Below are positions 50,191 to 63,702 of a DNA stretch of 64,000 nt, one piece after another (the stretch's first letter is position 1; each line of letters opens with the position of its first letter). Made by a program: the position numbers and the translations under genes. The DNA is from the human T2T-CHM13v2.0 reference genome, Homo sapiens. The notes under the pieces are model-generated. The model saw nothing but the letters and a program-made list of their open reading frames with translations. It was not told where the DNA came from and did no database searches. The stretch lies in assembly GCF_009914755.1 (NCBI RefSeq), contig NC_060925.1, one strand, 5' to 3'.

Positions 50191-51809
50191 TTTTACATTT
50201 GCTAGGACTGCTTTACCTCCAACTATGTGGTCAATTTTGGAATAAGTGCGATGTGGTGCTGAGAAGAATGCATATTCTGTTGATTTGGGGTGGAGAGTTC
50301 TGTAGATGTCTATTAGGTCTGCTTGGTGCAGAGCTGAGTTCAATTCCTGGGTATCCTTGTTAACTTTCTGTCTCGTTGATCTGTCTGTTGTTGACAGTGG
50401 GGTGTTAAAGTCTCCCATTATTATTGTGTGGGAGTCTAAGTCTCTTTGTAGGTTTCTAAGGATCTGCTTTATGAATCTGGGTGCTCCTGTATTGGGTGCA
50501 TATATATTTAGGATAGTTAGCTCTTCTTGTTGAATTGATCCCTTTACCATTATGTAATGGCCTTCTTTGTCTCTTTTGATCTTTGTTGGTTTAAAGTCTG
50601 TTTTATCAGAGACTAGGATTGCAACCCTTGCCTTTTTTTTGTTTTCCATTTGCTTCGTAGATCTTCCTCCATCCCTTTATTTTAAGCCTATGTGTGTCCT
50701 GCACTTGAGATGGGTCTCCTGAATACAGCACACTGATGGATCTTGACTGTTTATCCAATTTGCCAGTCTGTGTCTTTTAATTGGAGCATTTAGCCCATTT
50801 ACATTTAAGGTTAATATTGTTATGTGTGAATTTGATCCTGTCATGATGATGTTAGCTGGTTATTTTGCTCGTTAGTTGATGCAGTTTCTTCCTAGCATCA
50901 ATGGTCTTTACAATTTGGCATGTTTTTGCAGTGGCTGGTACCGGTTGTTCCTTTCCATGTTTAGTGCTTCCTTCAGGAGCTCTTGTAGGGCAGGCCTGGT
51001 GGTGACAAAATCTCTCAGCATTTGCTTGTCTGTAAAGGATTTTATTTCTCCTTCACTTATGAAGCTTAGTTTGGCTGGATATGAAATTCTGGATTGAAAA
51101 TTCTTTTCTTTAAGAATGTTGAATATTGGCCCCCAGTCTCTTCTGGCTTGTAGAGTTTCTGCCAAGAAATCTGCTATTAGTCTGATGGGCTTTCCTCTGT
51201 GGGTAACCTGACCTTTCTCTCTGGCTGCCCTGAATATTTTTTCCTTCATTTCAACTTTGGTGAATCTGACAATTATGTGTCTTGGAGTTGCTCTTCTTGA
51301 GGAGTATCTTTGTGGCTTTCTCTGTATTTCCTGAATTTGAATGTTTATTGCAGCACTATTCACAATAGCAAAGACTTGGAACCAACCCAAATGTCCATCA
51401 ATGGTAGACTGGATTAAGAAAATGTGGCACATATACACCATGGAATACTATTCAGCCATAAAAAAGGATAAGTTCATGTCCTTTCTAGGGACATGGATGA
51501 AGCTGGAAACCATCATTCTCAGCAAACTATCACAAGGAGAGAAGACCAAATACCACATGTTCTCACTCATAGGTGGGAATTGAACAATGAGAACACATGG
51601 ACACAGGAAGTGGAACATCACACACTAGGGCCTGTTGTGGGGTTGGGGAGGGGGGAGGGATAGCATTAGGAGATATACCTAATGTATATGACGATTTAAT
51701 GGGTGGAGCACACCAAAATGGCACATGTATACATATGTAACAAACCTGCACGTTGTGCACATGTACCCTAGAACTTAAAGTATAATAAAAAATAAAAATA
51801 AATTTAAAA
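50191..51809 (+). mobile_element. 5'-inverted L1PA5/6-like element (copy C)
   Basis: Antisense ORF1-end/EN segment 50191-51345, sense 3' end 51341-51809; 20-bp TSD 50171-50190 / 51810-51829 with one mismatch. Confidence 0.93.
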
Positions 51810-52539
51810 AAAGAAAATTAAAGCCGATCATGGATCACTTCTGACAAAGTGGCAAAAAAAAATTCATATCCCATCTTAGAGGAAAGGGAGGCACTAAAGA
51901 CCAAATGAGAAAGTCACTTAACAAATTCTAACAGTCAAACATCAAAAGCAGCCCAAGATAAAAAAAAAAAAATAGAATCAAAATTCTACCTTTGACTAGG
52001 CCTGACTAGTTATTGGGTATCAAGAGAGAGGCAAGCAAAGCAAATAAAGGAGTAGGAGCTGTGAATGGAAAGGAAGGTCAGGAACTAGCAGAGACAAATC
52101 AGATAGTATTTGTGGAAATTCAAAGAGGAGTTGCAGTATAGTCTAATTTGATTCCAAAGCATGGCAGATAGTTTTATCAGGCTGTTTTTAAATGGCTGGC
52201 TCAGAAATGCCCGCAGGCATTATGAGCCTTTTGAAAAGTTTTGATCAGCACCTGGCAAGGATTTCGCAGGTAAAAAGAAATAGAGACAAGGAGAAAAGAA
52301 AAATCAAAGACGTTTCACAATTCAGATCCTGGATATTTTGAAAATAGCAGGATTCATAGAAACAGAAAAGCTGAGTTGAGGGACAGTTCAAGGTATCAGA
52401 GGTATGAAGTGTGAGGGGAGAGGCAAGAAGCCAAGAATTGAAAATGTGCAACTAGCACAATGCCTGGAACACAGTGGCTGTTTAATAAATATTTCTTGGA
52501 CGAATTAATAAATAAATGAGCAAGTGAAATAGGACATTC

Positions 52540-53120
52540 ATGCAGCCAACATGTGGAAAGCAGTGTGGCAATTCCTCGAAGAACTTAAAACAACTGCCAT
52601 TTGACCCCACAGTCCCATTATTGGGTATATACCCAAAGGGATATAAATTGTTCTACCATAAAGACACATGCATACATATATTCATTGCAACACTATTCAC
52701 AATAGCAAAGACATGGAATGAACCTAAATGCTCATCAACAGTAAACTGGATAAAGAAAATGTGGTACATATAAACCATGAAATACTATGCAGCTATAAAA
52801 AGAATGAGATCATGTCCTTTGCAGCAACATGGGTGGAGCTTAAGCGAACTAACACAGAAACAGAAAACCAAACACTGTATGTTCTCACTTTTAAGTGGGA
52901 GCTAAACGAAGAATACATGAATACTAGGAGGGGAACAACAGATGCTGGGGCCTACTTGAGGGTGAAGGGTGGGAGCGGGGAGGGGATCAGAAAAAAATAC
53001 CTAGAGGGTACTATGCTTATTACCATGGTGCTGAAATTATCTGTACATCAAACCCCCATGACCTGCAGTTTACCTAAATAACAAACCTGCACATGTACCC
53101 CTGAACCTAAAATAAATTTT
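52540..53120 (+). mobile_element. Older L1PA (PA13-16-like) 3' fragment
   Basis: [15 protein letters not shown] peptide and a 3'UTR ending cctgaacctaaaataaa. Confidence 0.82.
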
Positions 53121-53139
53121 TTAAAGTAAAAATTTTAAA

Positions 53140-53645
53140 AAGGCAGTGTATATATACACAATGAAGTACTATTCGCCCATAAAAAAGAATAAAATCATGT
53201 CATTTTTGGTAACATGGATGGAACTGGAGGACATTATGCTAAATGAAATATGTCAGGAACCGAAAATTAAACACCACATGTTCTCACTCATATGTGAAAG
53301 CTAAAAGACTTTTAATCTCATAGAAGAAAAGTAGAACAGAAGTTACTATACGCTGGTAAGGGTAGGGAGAAGGGGAGAGATGGGAGAGATTTCATAAAAG
53401 ATTAAAAAATTGCAGCTAGATTAAATTCTAGTGTTCTATACCACTATAGGATGACTATTCTTAAAAACAATATATTATGTAGTTTAAAATAGCTAGAAGG
53501 AAGATATTGTATGTTCCCACACAAAGAAACAATCAATATTTGAGATTATGGATATGCTAATTACCCTGATCTAATCACTATACATTGTATGTATCAAAAC
53601 ATCACTGTGTATCTCATGGATAAGTACAATCACTTGCCAATTTAA
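53140..53645 (+). mobile_element. L1MA 3' fragment
   Basis: ggatggaactggaggacattatgc..gatatgctaattaccctgatct. Confidence 0.78.
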
Positions 53646-54170
53646 AATTTTTTATTTAATTTTTAAAATTTTAAGTTGGTATTATCTCCATTTTATAGGT
53701 GACAAATGTGAAGCTCAGAAAAGGAAAGTAATTTTCAGGTCATGTAGCTCATAAGTAGGTTTGTGAGTAAGTATGTTTGTCTCTTATGCACTGTGTTGCA
53801 GTACAGAAATCTAAAAGACCACAGTATGAGTAGGGAACTTGACAATTATTACATGAATATTTGTGAGCCACGTGAATATCTGTGAGCCACACTCAGTATT
53901 TAATAGAGTGTAAAGTTCAAAATGAAAAGGTAGGTACCAAAATTGAAAATGTGTACTTGGAATAATAAAGTGCCTTCTGTGCCATGCTGAGGAAGATGGG
54001 TTACGTTGAAATTGATGAAGCATCACCAAAGAGTTTTAGAGGCCATAGAAAGATATAATTAGATATGCATATTGGAAAGATCCATGTAGTAGAATGGGAT
54101 AAAAATAGAAAATAGGTAGGTTTTATAAAGTTTTAGCCTTCTTTGTACACTTATTTTAAAACTTGTTCTT

Positions 54171-54479
54171 GGCAAGTCATGGTGGCTCATGCTTGTATTC
54201 CCAGCACTTTGGGAGGCTGAGGCAGGAAGATCACTTGAAGCCAGGAGTTTGTGACCAGCCTGGGCAACATAGTGAGACACCATCTCTACAAAAAATAAAT
54301 TATCTGAGTTTAGTGGTGCACACCTCTAGTCCTAGTTACCTGAGAGACTGAGGGGAGACATCACTTTGAGCCCAGGATTTAGAGGCTGCAGTAAGCTATG
54401 ATCATGCCACTGTACTCCAGCCTGGGCAACAGAGCAAGACACTGTGTCTAAAACATAAAATAAAATCATTCAATCAATG
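54171..54479 (+). mobile_element. AluJ
   Basis: Dimer; perfect 12-bp TSD aaacttgttctt 54159-54170 / 54480-54491. Confidence 0.9.
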
Positions 54480-54862
54480 AAACTTGTTCTTTAGGACTTT
54501 TCTACTACTATGAATACCATTACTGCTTCTACTATGACTGTTATTTCTACCATTATTAAAAATTATTTTAATAAAAGATGCTTTGAATAGTTTAGTAAAG
54601 ATAATTTTCTTGAAAAGCATGCCAATATGCATTTTAATTAGATTCCAGAGCAATCACAGTTGCTTCAACAATGAACTAAATAATGGTTCAATCAGTAACT
54701 AGAATATATGCAGTCTCAGGAGGAACATGAACAGAATATACTAGTCACATGGAAAGAACAACTTTGGCACAAACAAAATAAAATTAGTTCCACAAATGAA
54801 TGGAAGAAATTCTAAATAGTTTTGTGTACAGCACCTTTGAAATGTTAAAAATCAACACTAAC

Positions 54863-54972
54863 CAGAAAATATGTAAATAACTTTCTTCTCATTCTCTAGA
54901 ATTCTTTTGGAGATCAAGTACCAATTATATTTTGTGTGAAAGCTTCTAAACCTCTTCTTTAGTGACTTTAGA
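54863..54972 (-). other. Candidate 110-nt exon (E3)
   Basis: Acceptor cttctcttttttgtcttcaaatatctag, donor CTG/gttagt; one frame open throughout (LKSLKKRFRSFHTKYNWYLISKRILENEKKVIYIFS). Confidence 0.3.
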
Positions 54973-55529
54973 CTAGATATTTGAAGACAAAAAAGAGAAG
55001 CTCGGATGCTGCTTCATGAAATACAGGGGAAAAGAAGACTACTAATTTTAACCTGCATTAATTATCTTAATGGTCTAGTAATTTTATATAATGCAGAAAA
55101 GACTAGACCTGTCCCCATGGAGTTCCCTAAGAGGGAATCATGCTGTGTAGTATAGAGTGCATGAATTTCATGATCGCCAATCCCTTCGTTAAGTTGTCTA
55201 ATAAAAAGAATCTAAAAATCATTTTGCTCTGACTTCCTGATAAGTTAATTTTCATGATGTCTTGTAAAAGTTTTTCCATTTACCGTGGTAGTTTTAAAAG
55301 CTCCAAATTCCAGTAACAGCAGCTTACATCAGGATAAATAAAATACTTTTTCAAAGTGTGGGGCACATTTGAAAAATTGATTCTAATGGCATCATTTCAT
55401 CAACTGCTTCATGATAAATTACTTCTGAGCAAGCCCAGGTCATCTGCATGAAGTTATCTTAGGGAATCTTATATTGTACCTAACCTTCCACTACATGAAA
55501 TCTCATGTAATAAAACTAATAAAATATGT

Positions 55530-55905
55530 TTTCATTCAATAAATACTTAGTGAGATCTTACTATGGCACTGTGCTGGATATTTAGAATACAATAGTAAGT
55601 GAAGACAAATAGTTTTTGCCTCATGAAATTCATAGCCTAGGGGCTCACACTCATTTTTAGAAACAATGGATTAAAACAGATAATATAGTAATTTACTTGA
55701 CAATGATTACATGAATATTTGTGAGCCACTTAAAATCATTGAATTTTAGAGCTAAAGAGGACCTATAAGATCTTCTAGTCTAACTCCCTAATCTGACAAG
55801 GGAAGAAAAGTAGGGCTCAGAGAGATAAATTGATTAAATCAAGGTCATAAAAGTAGTTATTGGTTGAGACAAGATTCAAACCCAGACTTCCTGATTGTCC
55901 AGTTG
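55530..55905 (-). mobile_element. L2 3' end (55530-55640) and MIR relic (55740-55905)
   Basis: ttcattcaataaatacttagtgag..ggcactgtgctgg; ggctcagagag..aaggtcat..gattcaaacccagacttcctga. Confidence 0.65.
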
Positions 55906-56043
55906 ATAATTTGCATCAAATCATGACACCTTCCCCTGCACATCAATCAAAGTGACTGGTTATCTTCTGGTTCCATCTTCCCATCACAGGCTTCTCTGGA
56001 TGAAGACCATAGAACTGAATATACATATATTTCCCAAACATAC

Positions 56044-56083
56044 GTGTGTGTTGGGTTTTCTCAAAATGTAAGTATGGGTCAGA
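56044..56083 (-). other. Candidate 40-nt exon (E2)
   Basis: Acceptor tttttgttacttgttatag, donor CAC/gtatgt. Confidence 0.3.
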
Positions 56084-57139
56084 CTATAACAAGTAACAAA
56101 AATAATTTTATTGGAAAACTGCAACACTTACAAAGAAAATGTAAAATACAGAGAAGGAGAATCCAAAGTAGTTTCCTTTTGCCCCAGATTCCCATGTGTC
56201 TTCAGTATAGTTTCTTCCTTCATCTTGTTAAGGATGCAGTCATGTAATAAAGTCAAGTGGCACAGAAGCAGTGAGTGTTTGCTAGTTGCCATAATATCCA
56301 TTCACTCCCCTACTCCAAAGGCTAGTGACTGAACTGGGAACACCAGAGAAGCAAAACCTAACTCTTTTTCTGTGCCTCAATATTAACATGATGCTAAGGC
56401 AATTATTTGAACTGCTGCAGTATTCATCAGTTAGCTAGCTCCCAACAAAACAACTTAAGATATTAATTCAGCTTTGGTTTCAGAGTAATAAAATATTCCA
56501 ACATAGGCCCACCTCAGGACCAAAGTCAGGGCAAAGGCTTCTTTTCATGTTGGATATATACTTTGCTGCCTGAGATTTCTGAAAATAACACTGAATTCAG
56601 GGTTCTGAATGTTAGAATTTATTTTTCTATCGGCTACAAAGAAAAAGAACAAAAGGTTACAAAGGAAATGCTCCAACTGCCCATGAATATGTGGTACATA
56701 ACTAAACTTGGCAATTTGACTATATATTCCAGGAAAGAGCAGAAATTATAATGCAGACTTTGTCATCTAGGTAAAAAGAACCATGATTTTTTAAAGTTAA
56801 ATTCTCCCTTCTCTCCCCAAAAATTGTTCTTCAAAAATGCAATGGAATAATAACTAAGAATGGAATGGAAAGCTGAGTGTCATAAGAAAAAAAAACTCAT
56901 ATATCTACTGGAAATAGGTTTTCTGTTTCTCATGCAAAAATAATTACAAAAGAAATATTGAATTAAAGAAAAGGCTAACTTCAAGGGTCCAAATATCATT
57001 CATATTGTTCTCTATATTAAAATTTAATTTCTCTCATCTTGGTTGACAGAACCAAGTAGGATCTTGTGCGGATTCAGGATTCTTCCTTCCAGCCTGTGAT
57101 CCTCCATTGAGAATCTATCCTGTAGATAGATATCATCTA

Positions 57140-57385
57140 CATATAGTGTAATGGTGAAGAATGGAAACATAAGCTTTGAATTAAGACAGACCTGGATTTA
57201 AGTCCTTCATCCGCCATTTACTGAATAATCTTAGGCAAGTTACTTAATCTTATTAGGCTTCAGATACTCATCTATAAAATGGAAGTAATAATACCAACTT
57301 CATACAGTTGCTGTATTAAACAGTATAATGTGTGTAAAAGCCTTAACGTAGTACCTGAAGACCTGATCAAGATATTTAGCTAAAA
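57140..57385 (+). mobile_element. MIR
   Basis: agacagacctggattta..ttaggcaagttacttaatct..ctcatctataaaatgg. Confidence 0.8.
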
Positions 57386-58642
57386 GTAAGAGTACTAGAA
57401 GTAGCAATGGTAGTGATTTTGCTAAGATTTTTATCTCTAAGAATCTATTTTCTAGGTGGCTAATATTATAATCATTGATGTCAGGATTGTACAGAATATA
57501 AGAGTCCAACCACTCTTTTCTCTGTGCTTTATTAGATACTGTAATATTCATTTATTAAACAGTTATTACAGAAATCATCCACTTTAAGACTACTTAAACA
57601 GTAGATAATTATCTATTAGATTTTAAAACAATGTATTATGTCATTAAAAAATGAGAAAGTCTCCATTTCTTTAATATAGAACCTGATTTCAAAATTGATT
57701 AAAGTCCAGGAAAAAAAATGTTTCTAGAAAAAAGTCCAAACATTCAAAATTATTATTATTGACTATGGTTAAGATGACTTAACTCTAACTGATCTCTCCC
57801 ACACATTGATTTAGGACATTAGATTATTTTTATTTATAATTTAAAGTGAAAAGCCTGAACAGCTGAATGTGAATATAAAACATATTTTATTATAAAGAAC
57901 AAATTAAACAAGTATGTAACTGTTGATTATTATTAGAAAGAGCAAAAGCTTTGGAGCTAGACAAACCTGAATTTCAAAACCCACGTGAGTACATATTGTA
58001 TCCATGATTGGGCAAGTTACTTAACCTCTTTATGCTATTACTATTGAAATTATTACATTATTCTCAGACTAACAATAAGAAAATCCAACTCCATGGAAAT
58101 CAATGATTGCCTCCTATCAATTTCTCACAATCCCATGCTCTCTAAGTGAGCACCTACATATGCATACGTACATGACACAGACCATCCCCATGTACTTATG
58201 TAATTACCTTCAGTGTGACCCAAGACTACAATGCTTTATCTTGCTTATCCTCCCTCTGGTCTTCTTCATTAAAAATGGCCACTCAAGCCCTGATTTTCAG
58301 CTACAGGAAAGCAGAGAGCTGAGAAGAGGCATGAGTAGAAAGCATCACATCCATCTTATCACACAAGACTATCAGGCAAACTGGCACTCAATCCTTTTCA
58401 TGTAACCTCTTCATAGTGATAGTCCCTTTTCCCCAAATACATTTAATTGAACTATGAGTTCTGAAACCTCCAAGCAAGTGAACAAAACCCATATAACCAA
58501 AATAGAGACAGTGAGTTTCACTTAACCTCCTTTTCTAGGTCCCAATAAACCATTTGGTTACCAAGCCATCTACTGTATAAAGATTAATATAAATAGCAAA
58601 AGTTATACATATTCTCAGATAACTATGATGTCATTGTCCAAC

Positions 58643-58756
58643 CTTTCTATAGGAAAGACTGCACATTGCAAAGCAGCTTTGAGATCACAAAAAGGGCCAA
58701 TATAACAAGGAAGTTGGGCTGCTTCTTTGACAGCTTTGTTTAGTGACCGGACAATT
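58643..58756 (-). other. Candidate 114-nt coding exon (E1)
   Basis: Acceptor attatttattgtag, donor AAG/gttgga; phase 2-2; single open frame IVRSLNKAVKEAAQLPCYIGPFCDLKAALQCAVFPIE; more GC than its flanks. Confidence 0.42.
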
Positions 58757-58870
58757 CTACAATAAATAATTTTATTAAATTTTTTTACATTATTGAAGCC
58801 ATATGTGTTCATTCAAGGCAATTTGGAAAGCAAAAAAATAATAATAATAATTCAACCAGAGCCCCATTAG

Positions 58871-59185
<315 letters not shown>

Positions 59186-59454
59186 TACAATGATTATTAA
59201 TAGTTTGTTGTATTTCTTTCCTTTTTTTAATTTCTAAGCAGAGAGTTATATTGTTACATAATTGTAATTACTTGACATAAAATTGTATCCTGTTTCTGCA
59301 TGTAACTTAAGTACATTGCATATTAACACTAGCTTTTCAAAAATGAACATTTTAATAAATGCATAAAATTCTAGCAAGTTCTATAGTGTTCTTAACTATC
59401 CTGCTATTATTCCTTTCTGTAAATGCTGCTGCTGAAAACTCAAAACAACACACA

Positions 59455-59715
59455 GGGAGACAGCACAGAGTGGTGATTAAACATGCAGACATTAGTACCA
59501 AATTTCAGACGTCAAACCCCACCATCTCCACTTAGCAGTGAAACAGTGTGAAAATCTCTTAACTTTTCTGCTTGTCAGTTTATTCTAGTATAAAATGGGA
59601 GTGAGAAAGAGGATGATACAGTGTATCTATATCATTAAGTGTCTTGTAAATATTATCTAAAGGGTTATGAACAATACTAGCACAAAGTAACCACTCAGTA
59701 AGTATTAACTATTAT
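59455..59715 (+). mobile_element. MIR
   Basis: agacagcacagagtggtgattaa..tcagtttattctagtataaaatggg..actcagtaagtattaactattat. Confidence 0.65.
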
Positions 59716-59853
59716 CATAAAGCCTTTTACTGATTCAAGACTATTTTCTTAAAGTAGATTTTCAGAAATGGAATTACTGAGCCAATGAGTATAAACAACT
59801 TTACGATTCTTGATAGAATTGCCAAACTGCTATCTAAAAAGATTATACTGTTG

Positions 59854-60614
59854 GACATTTGGGTTGGTTCCAAGTCTTTGCTATTGTGAATAGTGCTGCA
59901 ATAAATATACGTGTGCATGTGTCTTTATAGTAGAATGATTTATAATCCTTGGGGTATATACCCAGTAATGGGATTACTGGGTCAAATGGTATTTCTAGTT
60001 CTAGATCCTTGAGGAATCTTACCACACTGTCTTCCACAATGGTTGAACTAGTTTACACTCCCACCAACAGTGTAAAAGCATTCCTATTTCTCCACATCCT
60101 CTCCAGCATCTGTTGTTTCCTGACTTTTAATGATCACCATTCTAACTGGTGTGAGATGGTATCTCACTGTGGTTTTGATTTGCATTTCTCTAATGACCAG
60201 TGAACCGAAATGTCCATCAATAATAGACTGGATAAAGAAAATGTGGCACATATACACCATGGAATACTATGCAGCCATAAAAAAGGATGAGTTCATTTCC
60301 TTTGCAGGGACATGGATGAAGCTGGAAACCATCATTCTCAGCAAACTATCACAAGAACAGAAAACCAAACACCACACGTTCTCACTCATAAGTGGGAGTT
60401 GAACAATAAGAACACATGGACATAGGGAGGGGAATATCACATACCGGGGCCTGTCAGGAGGTGGGGGGCTAGGGGAGGGATAACATTAGGAGAAATACCT
60501 AATGTAGGTGACAGGTTGATGGGTGCAGCAAACCACCATGCCACGTGTATACCTATGTAACAAAACTGCAGAACTTAAAGTATAATCAAAAAATTGATTA
60601 AAAAAATAAAAAAT
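59854..60614 (+). mobile_element. 5'-inverted L1PA7/8-like element
   Basis: Antisense 59854-60202, sense 60203-60614; perfect 16-bp TSD aaagattatactgttg 59838-59853 / 60615-60630. Confidence 0.92.
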
Positions 60615-60884
60615 AAAGATTATACTGTTGATTTATACTACAGCCAGAAATATGTAAGACTATCCTAACAAGCTTAAGGCCTTAATATGTATTTCATTTT
60701 TGCTAACTCCATAGAGTAAACATCTTGGTTTCGGTTTAAATTACATTTCTTTGATTACTAATAAGGCAGAGAACTATGCCATACTGCTGACTACTTATAT
60801 TTATTCTTTTGTAATTGCTAGGTATAGACTTTACAGGGTTTTTTCAAGAACATGGGATATACTTTATTTTTCTAAGATCCATCA

Positions 60885-61252
<368 letters not shown>

Positions 61253-61449
61253 TTAGTCTTGCACATTCACATACATACACAAATGCAATGATTTTCTGCA
61301 TTTTTCACATAGAAAAATGATTTGGGGCAGTGACATGTTTTCAAATATTTACATATACAGAGTGAAAGCCAATTCTATATAACTTTATTTACAGTGCACT
61401 TGTGATTTTTCCAAAAACTATCAACTCGCTTACCCATTCTAACAACGTT

Positions 61450-61940
61450 TTGGCAGAGCTAAAAATTGCCTTTCATTATCCATTTTTACCTTCTTTCTTA
61501 ATGTCAGAATCTTGGATAGCATGCCTACTAAAATATTTATTTCCCAGCCTCTACTGCAGCTAAGTTTCTCCAGGTAATTAAGTTCTAGCCCATTAATGTA
61601 AACAGAAGTTTTGATTCTGAATTCCTAGAAGGCTCTTTAAAAGAGAAAGAGCAAGCATTCTATTGTCCATTTTTTCCTGCCTCATTTGGTTTCCAGTTTG
61701 GAACATGAAAGGGATGGCTAGAGCTCCAAAAGCCATCTTCGATGGCATGAAGGCCAGCATAGCAGAGTAAGAAAAAAGGAGCCTTAGTCTCTCATGGCAA
61801 AGTGACACTGTATAACTAGCTCTGAGCTACCTAACTCTAGACTTCTTTTACATTAGAGAGAAATAAATGTGTGTGGTTTTAACCATTGTTATGTTAAGGT
61901 TTTCTGCCATATACAGCCAAAACATCACCCAAGCTGACAC
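61450..61940 (+). mobile_element. Old MLT1 (I/J-like) MaLR LTR
   Basis: ttcccagcctc..aagttctagcc..gatggctagagctcca..gccatct..gagagaaataaa..ctgacaca. Confidence 0.6.
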
Positions 61941-62120
61941 ACATGACCAAAATGCATCTGTATTTGCTTTTGAATAGCATGACTTGTCTTTCTAGTAACA
62001 TACAAGTACTCAGAAATGTGGACTGACAAGCAACAGTATTTGAATTCGCAGAGCACACATACATTAAACTATCAATAGGAAAGAGGCTGACAAGTTTCTT
62101 GGTTAAAATAAGAACAGTAT

Positions 62121-63649
62121 TTCTTTTAAACCACTTTATTGAGGTATTACTGACATACAAAAAGCTATACATATTTAATGTATACAACTCGATGAGTTGG
62201 AGGTAAGAACACATTCATGAAACCATCATCAAATCTATGCCATAAACATATCCATCACCTCCAAAAGTTTCCTCCTGCCCTCTTTGTGTGTGTATATGTG
62301 TGGTGTGTCTGTGTGAGTGTGTGTGTGTGTATGTGTATGATACAGGCATATTTCTAAGTATACAACACAGTATTATTAACTATAGACACCATGCTATACG
62401 GTGTATCTCTAGGACTTATTCATCTGGCATAACTAAAACTTTTTACCCTTAACTAATACCTCCCCATTTCCCCCACCCCACATCCCCTGGTAACCACCAC
62501 CTACTATCTACTTCTTCTATGGCTTCAACTACTTTACCTCATTTATGAAGTATGAGTTTTTCTGTGTTTGGCTTATTTTACTTAGCATAATGTCCTTCAT
62601 TCAGGTTCATCTATGTTGTTGCAAATAGATTTCCTTCTCTTTTAAAAAGCTGAAAAATACACCATTGTATGAATATACTACATTTTCTTTATCTATTCAT
62701 CCACTGATAGACTTTTAAGCTGCTCGCCTTGACTGTCATGAATAATGCTTCTTCAATGAACATGGGAGTGCAGATATCTCTTCAAGATTCTGATTTGAAG
62801 CTGTCATAGTCAAAACAGTATGGTTACTGGCATAAAAACACAGACACATAGACCAATAGAACAGAACAGAGAACCCAGAAATAAACACACACATAAACGG
62901 TAATTCATCTTTGACAAGCGTACCAAGAATACATGATGGGGAAAGAGTAGTCTCTTCAATAGATAGTGTTGAGAAAATTGGATATCCACATGCAAAAGAT
63001 TGAAATTGGACCCTTATCTTACACCATACACAAAAATTAACCCAAAAGTGGAGTAAAGACTTAAATGTAAGACCTGAAACCATAAATTACCAAGAAGAAA
63101 ACATAAGGGAAAAGCTTCTTGCCACTGGTCTTGACAATGATTTCTTGGATCTGACACCAAAAACATGAGCAACAAAAGGAAAAATAGACAAATAGGACTA
63201 TATAAAACCAAAAAGCTCCTGAACAGCAAAGGAAATATTCAACAGAATGAAAAGGCAACCTATGGCATAGGAAAAAATATTTGCAAACCAAATATCTGAC
63301 AAAGGATTAATATCAAAATATATAAATAATGGCTACAACTCAATAGCGAAAAAACAAATAATCCCATTTAAAAGTGAGCAAAGGAAATGAATAACCATTT
63401 TGCCAAAGAAGACATCCAAATAGGTAACAGGTATAAGAATCGGTGCCTGGCCAACATGGTGAAACCCCATCTCTACTAAAACTACAAAAATTAGCCAGGT
63501 GTGGTGGTGCACGCCTGTAATCCCAGCTACTCAGGAGGCTGAGGCAGGAGAATCACTTGAACCAAGGAGGTGGAGGTTGTAGTGAGTGGAGATCGCACCA
63601 TGGCACTCCAGCCTGGGTGACAGAGCAAGACTCCGACTCAAAAAAAAAC

Positions 63650-63702
<53 letters not shown>

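Noticed and set aside
58643-58756. Resemblance of QLPCYIGPFCD..ALQCAV to SLED-domain or EGF-like motifs
   Set aside because: Only a few residues match by eye, which is not enough to name a gene or domain.
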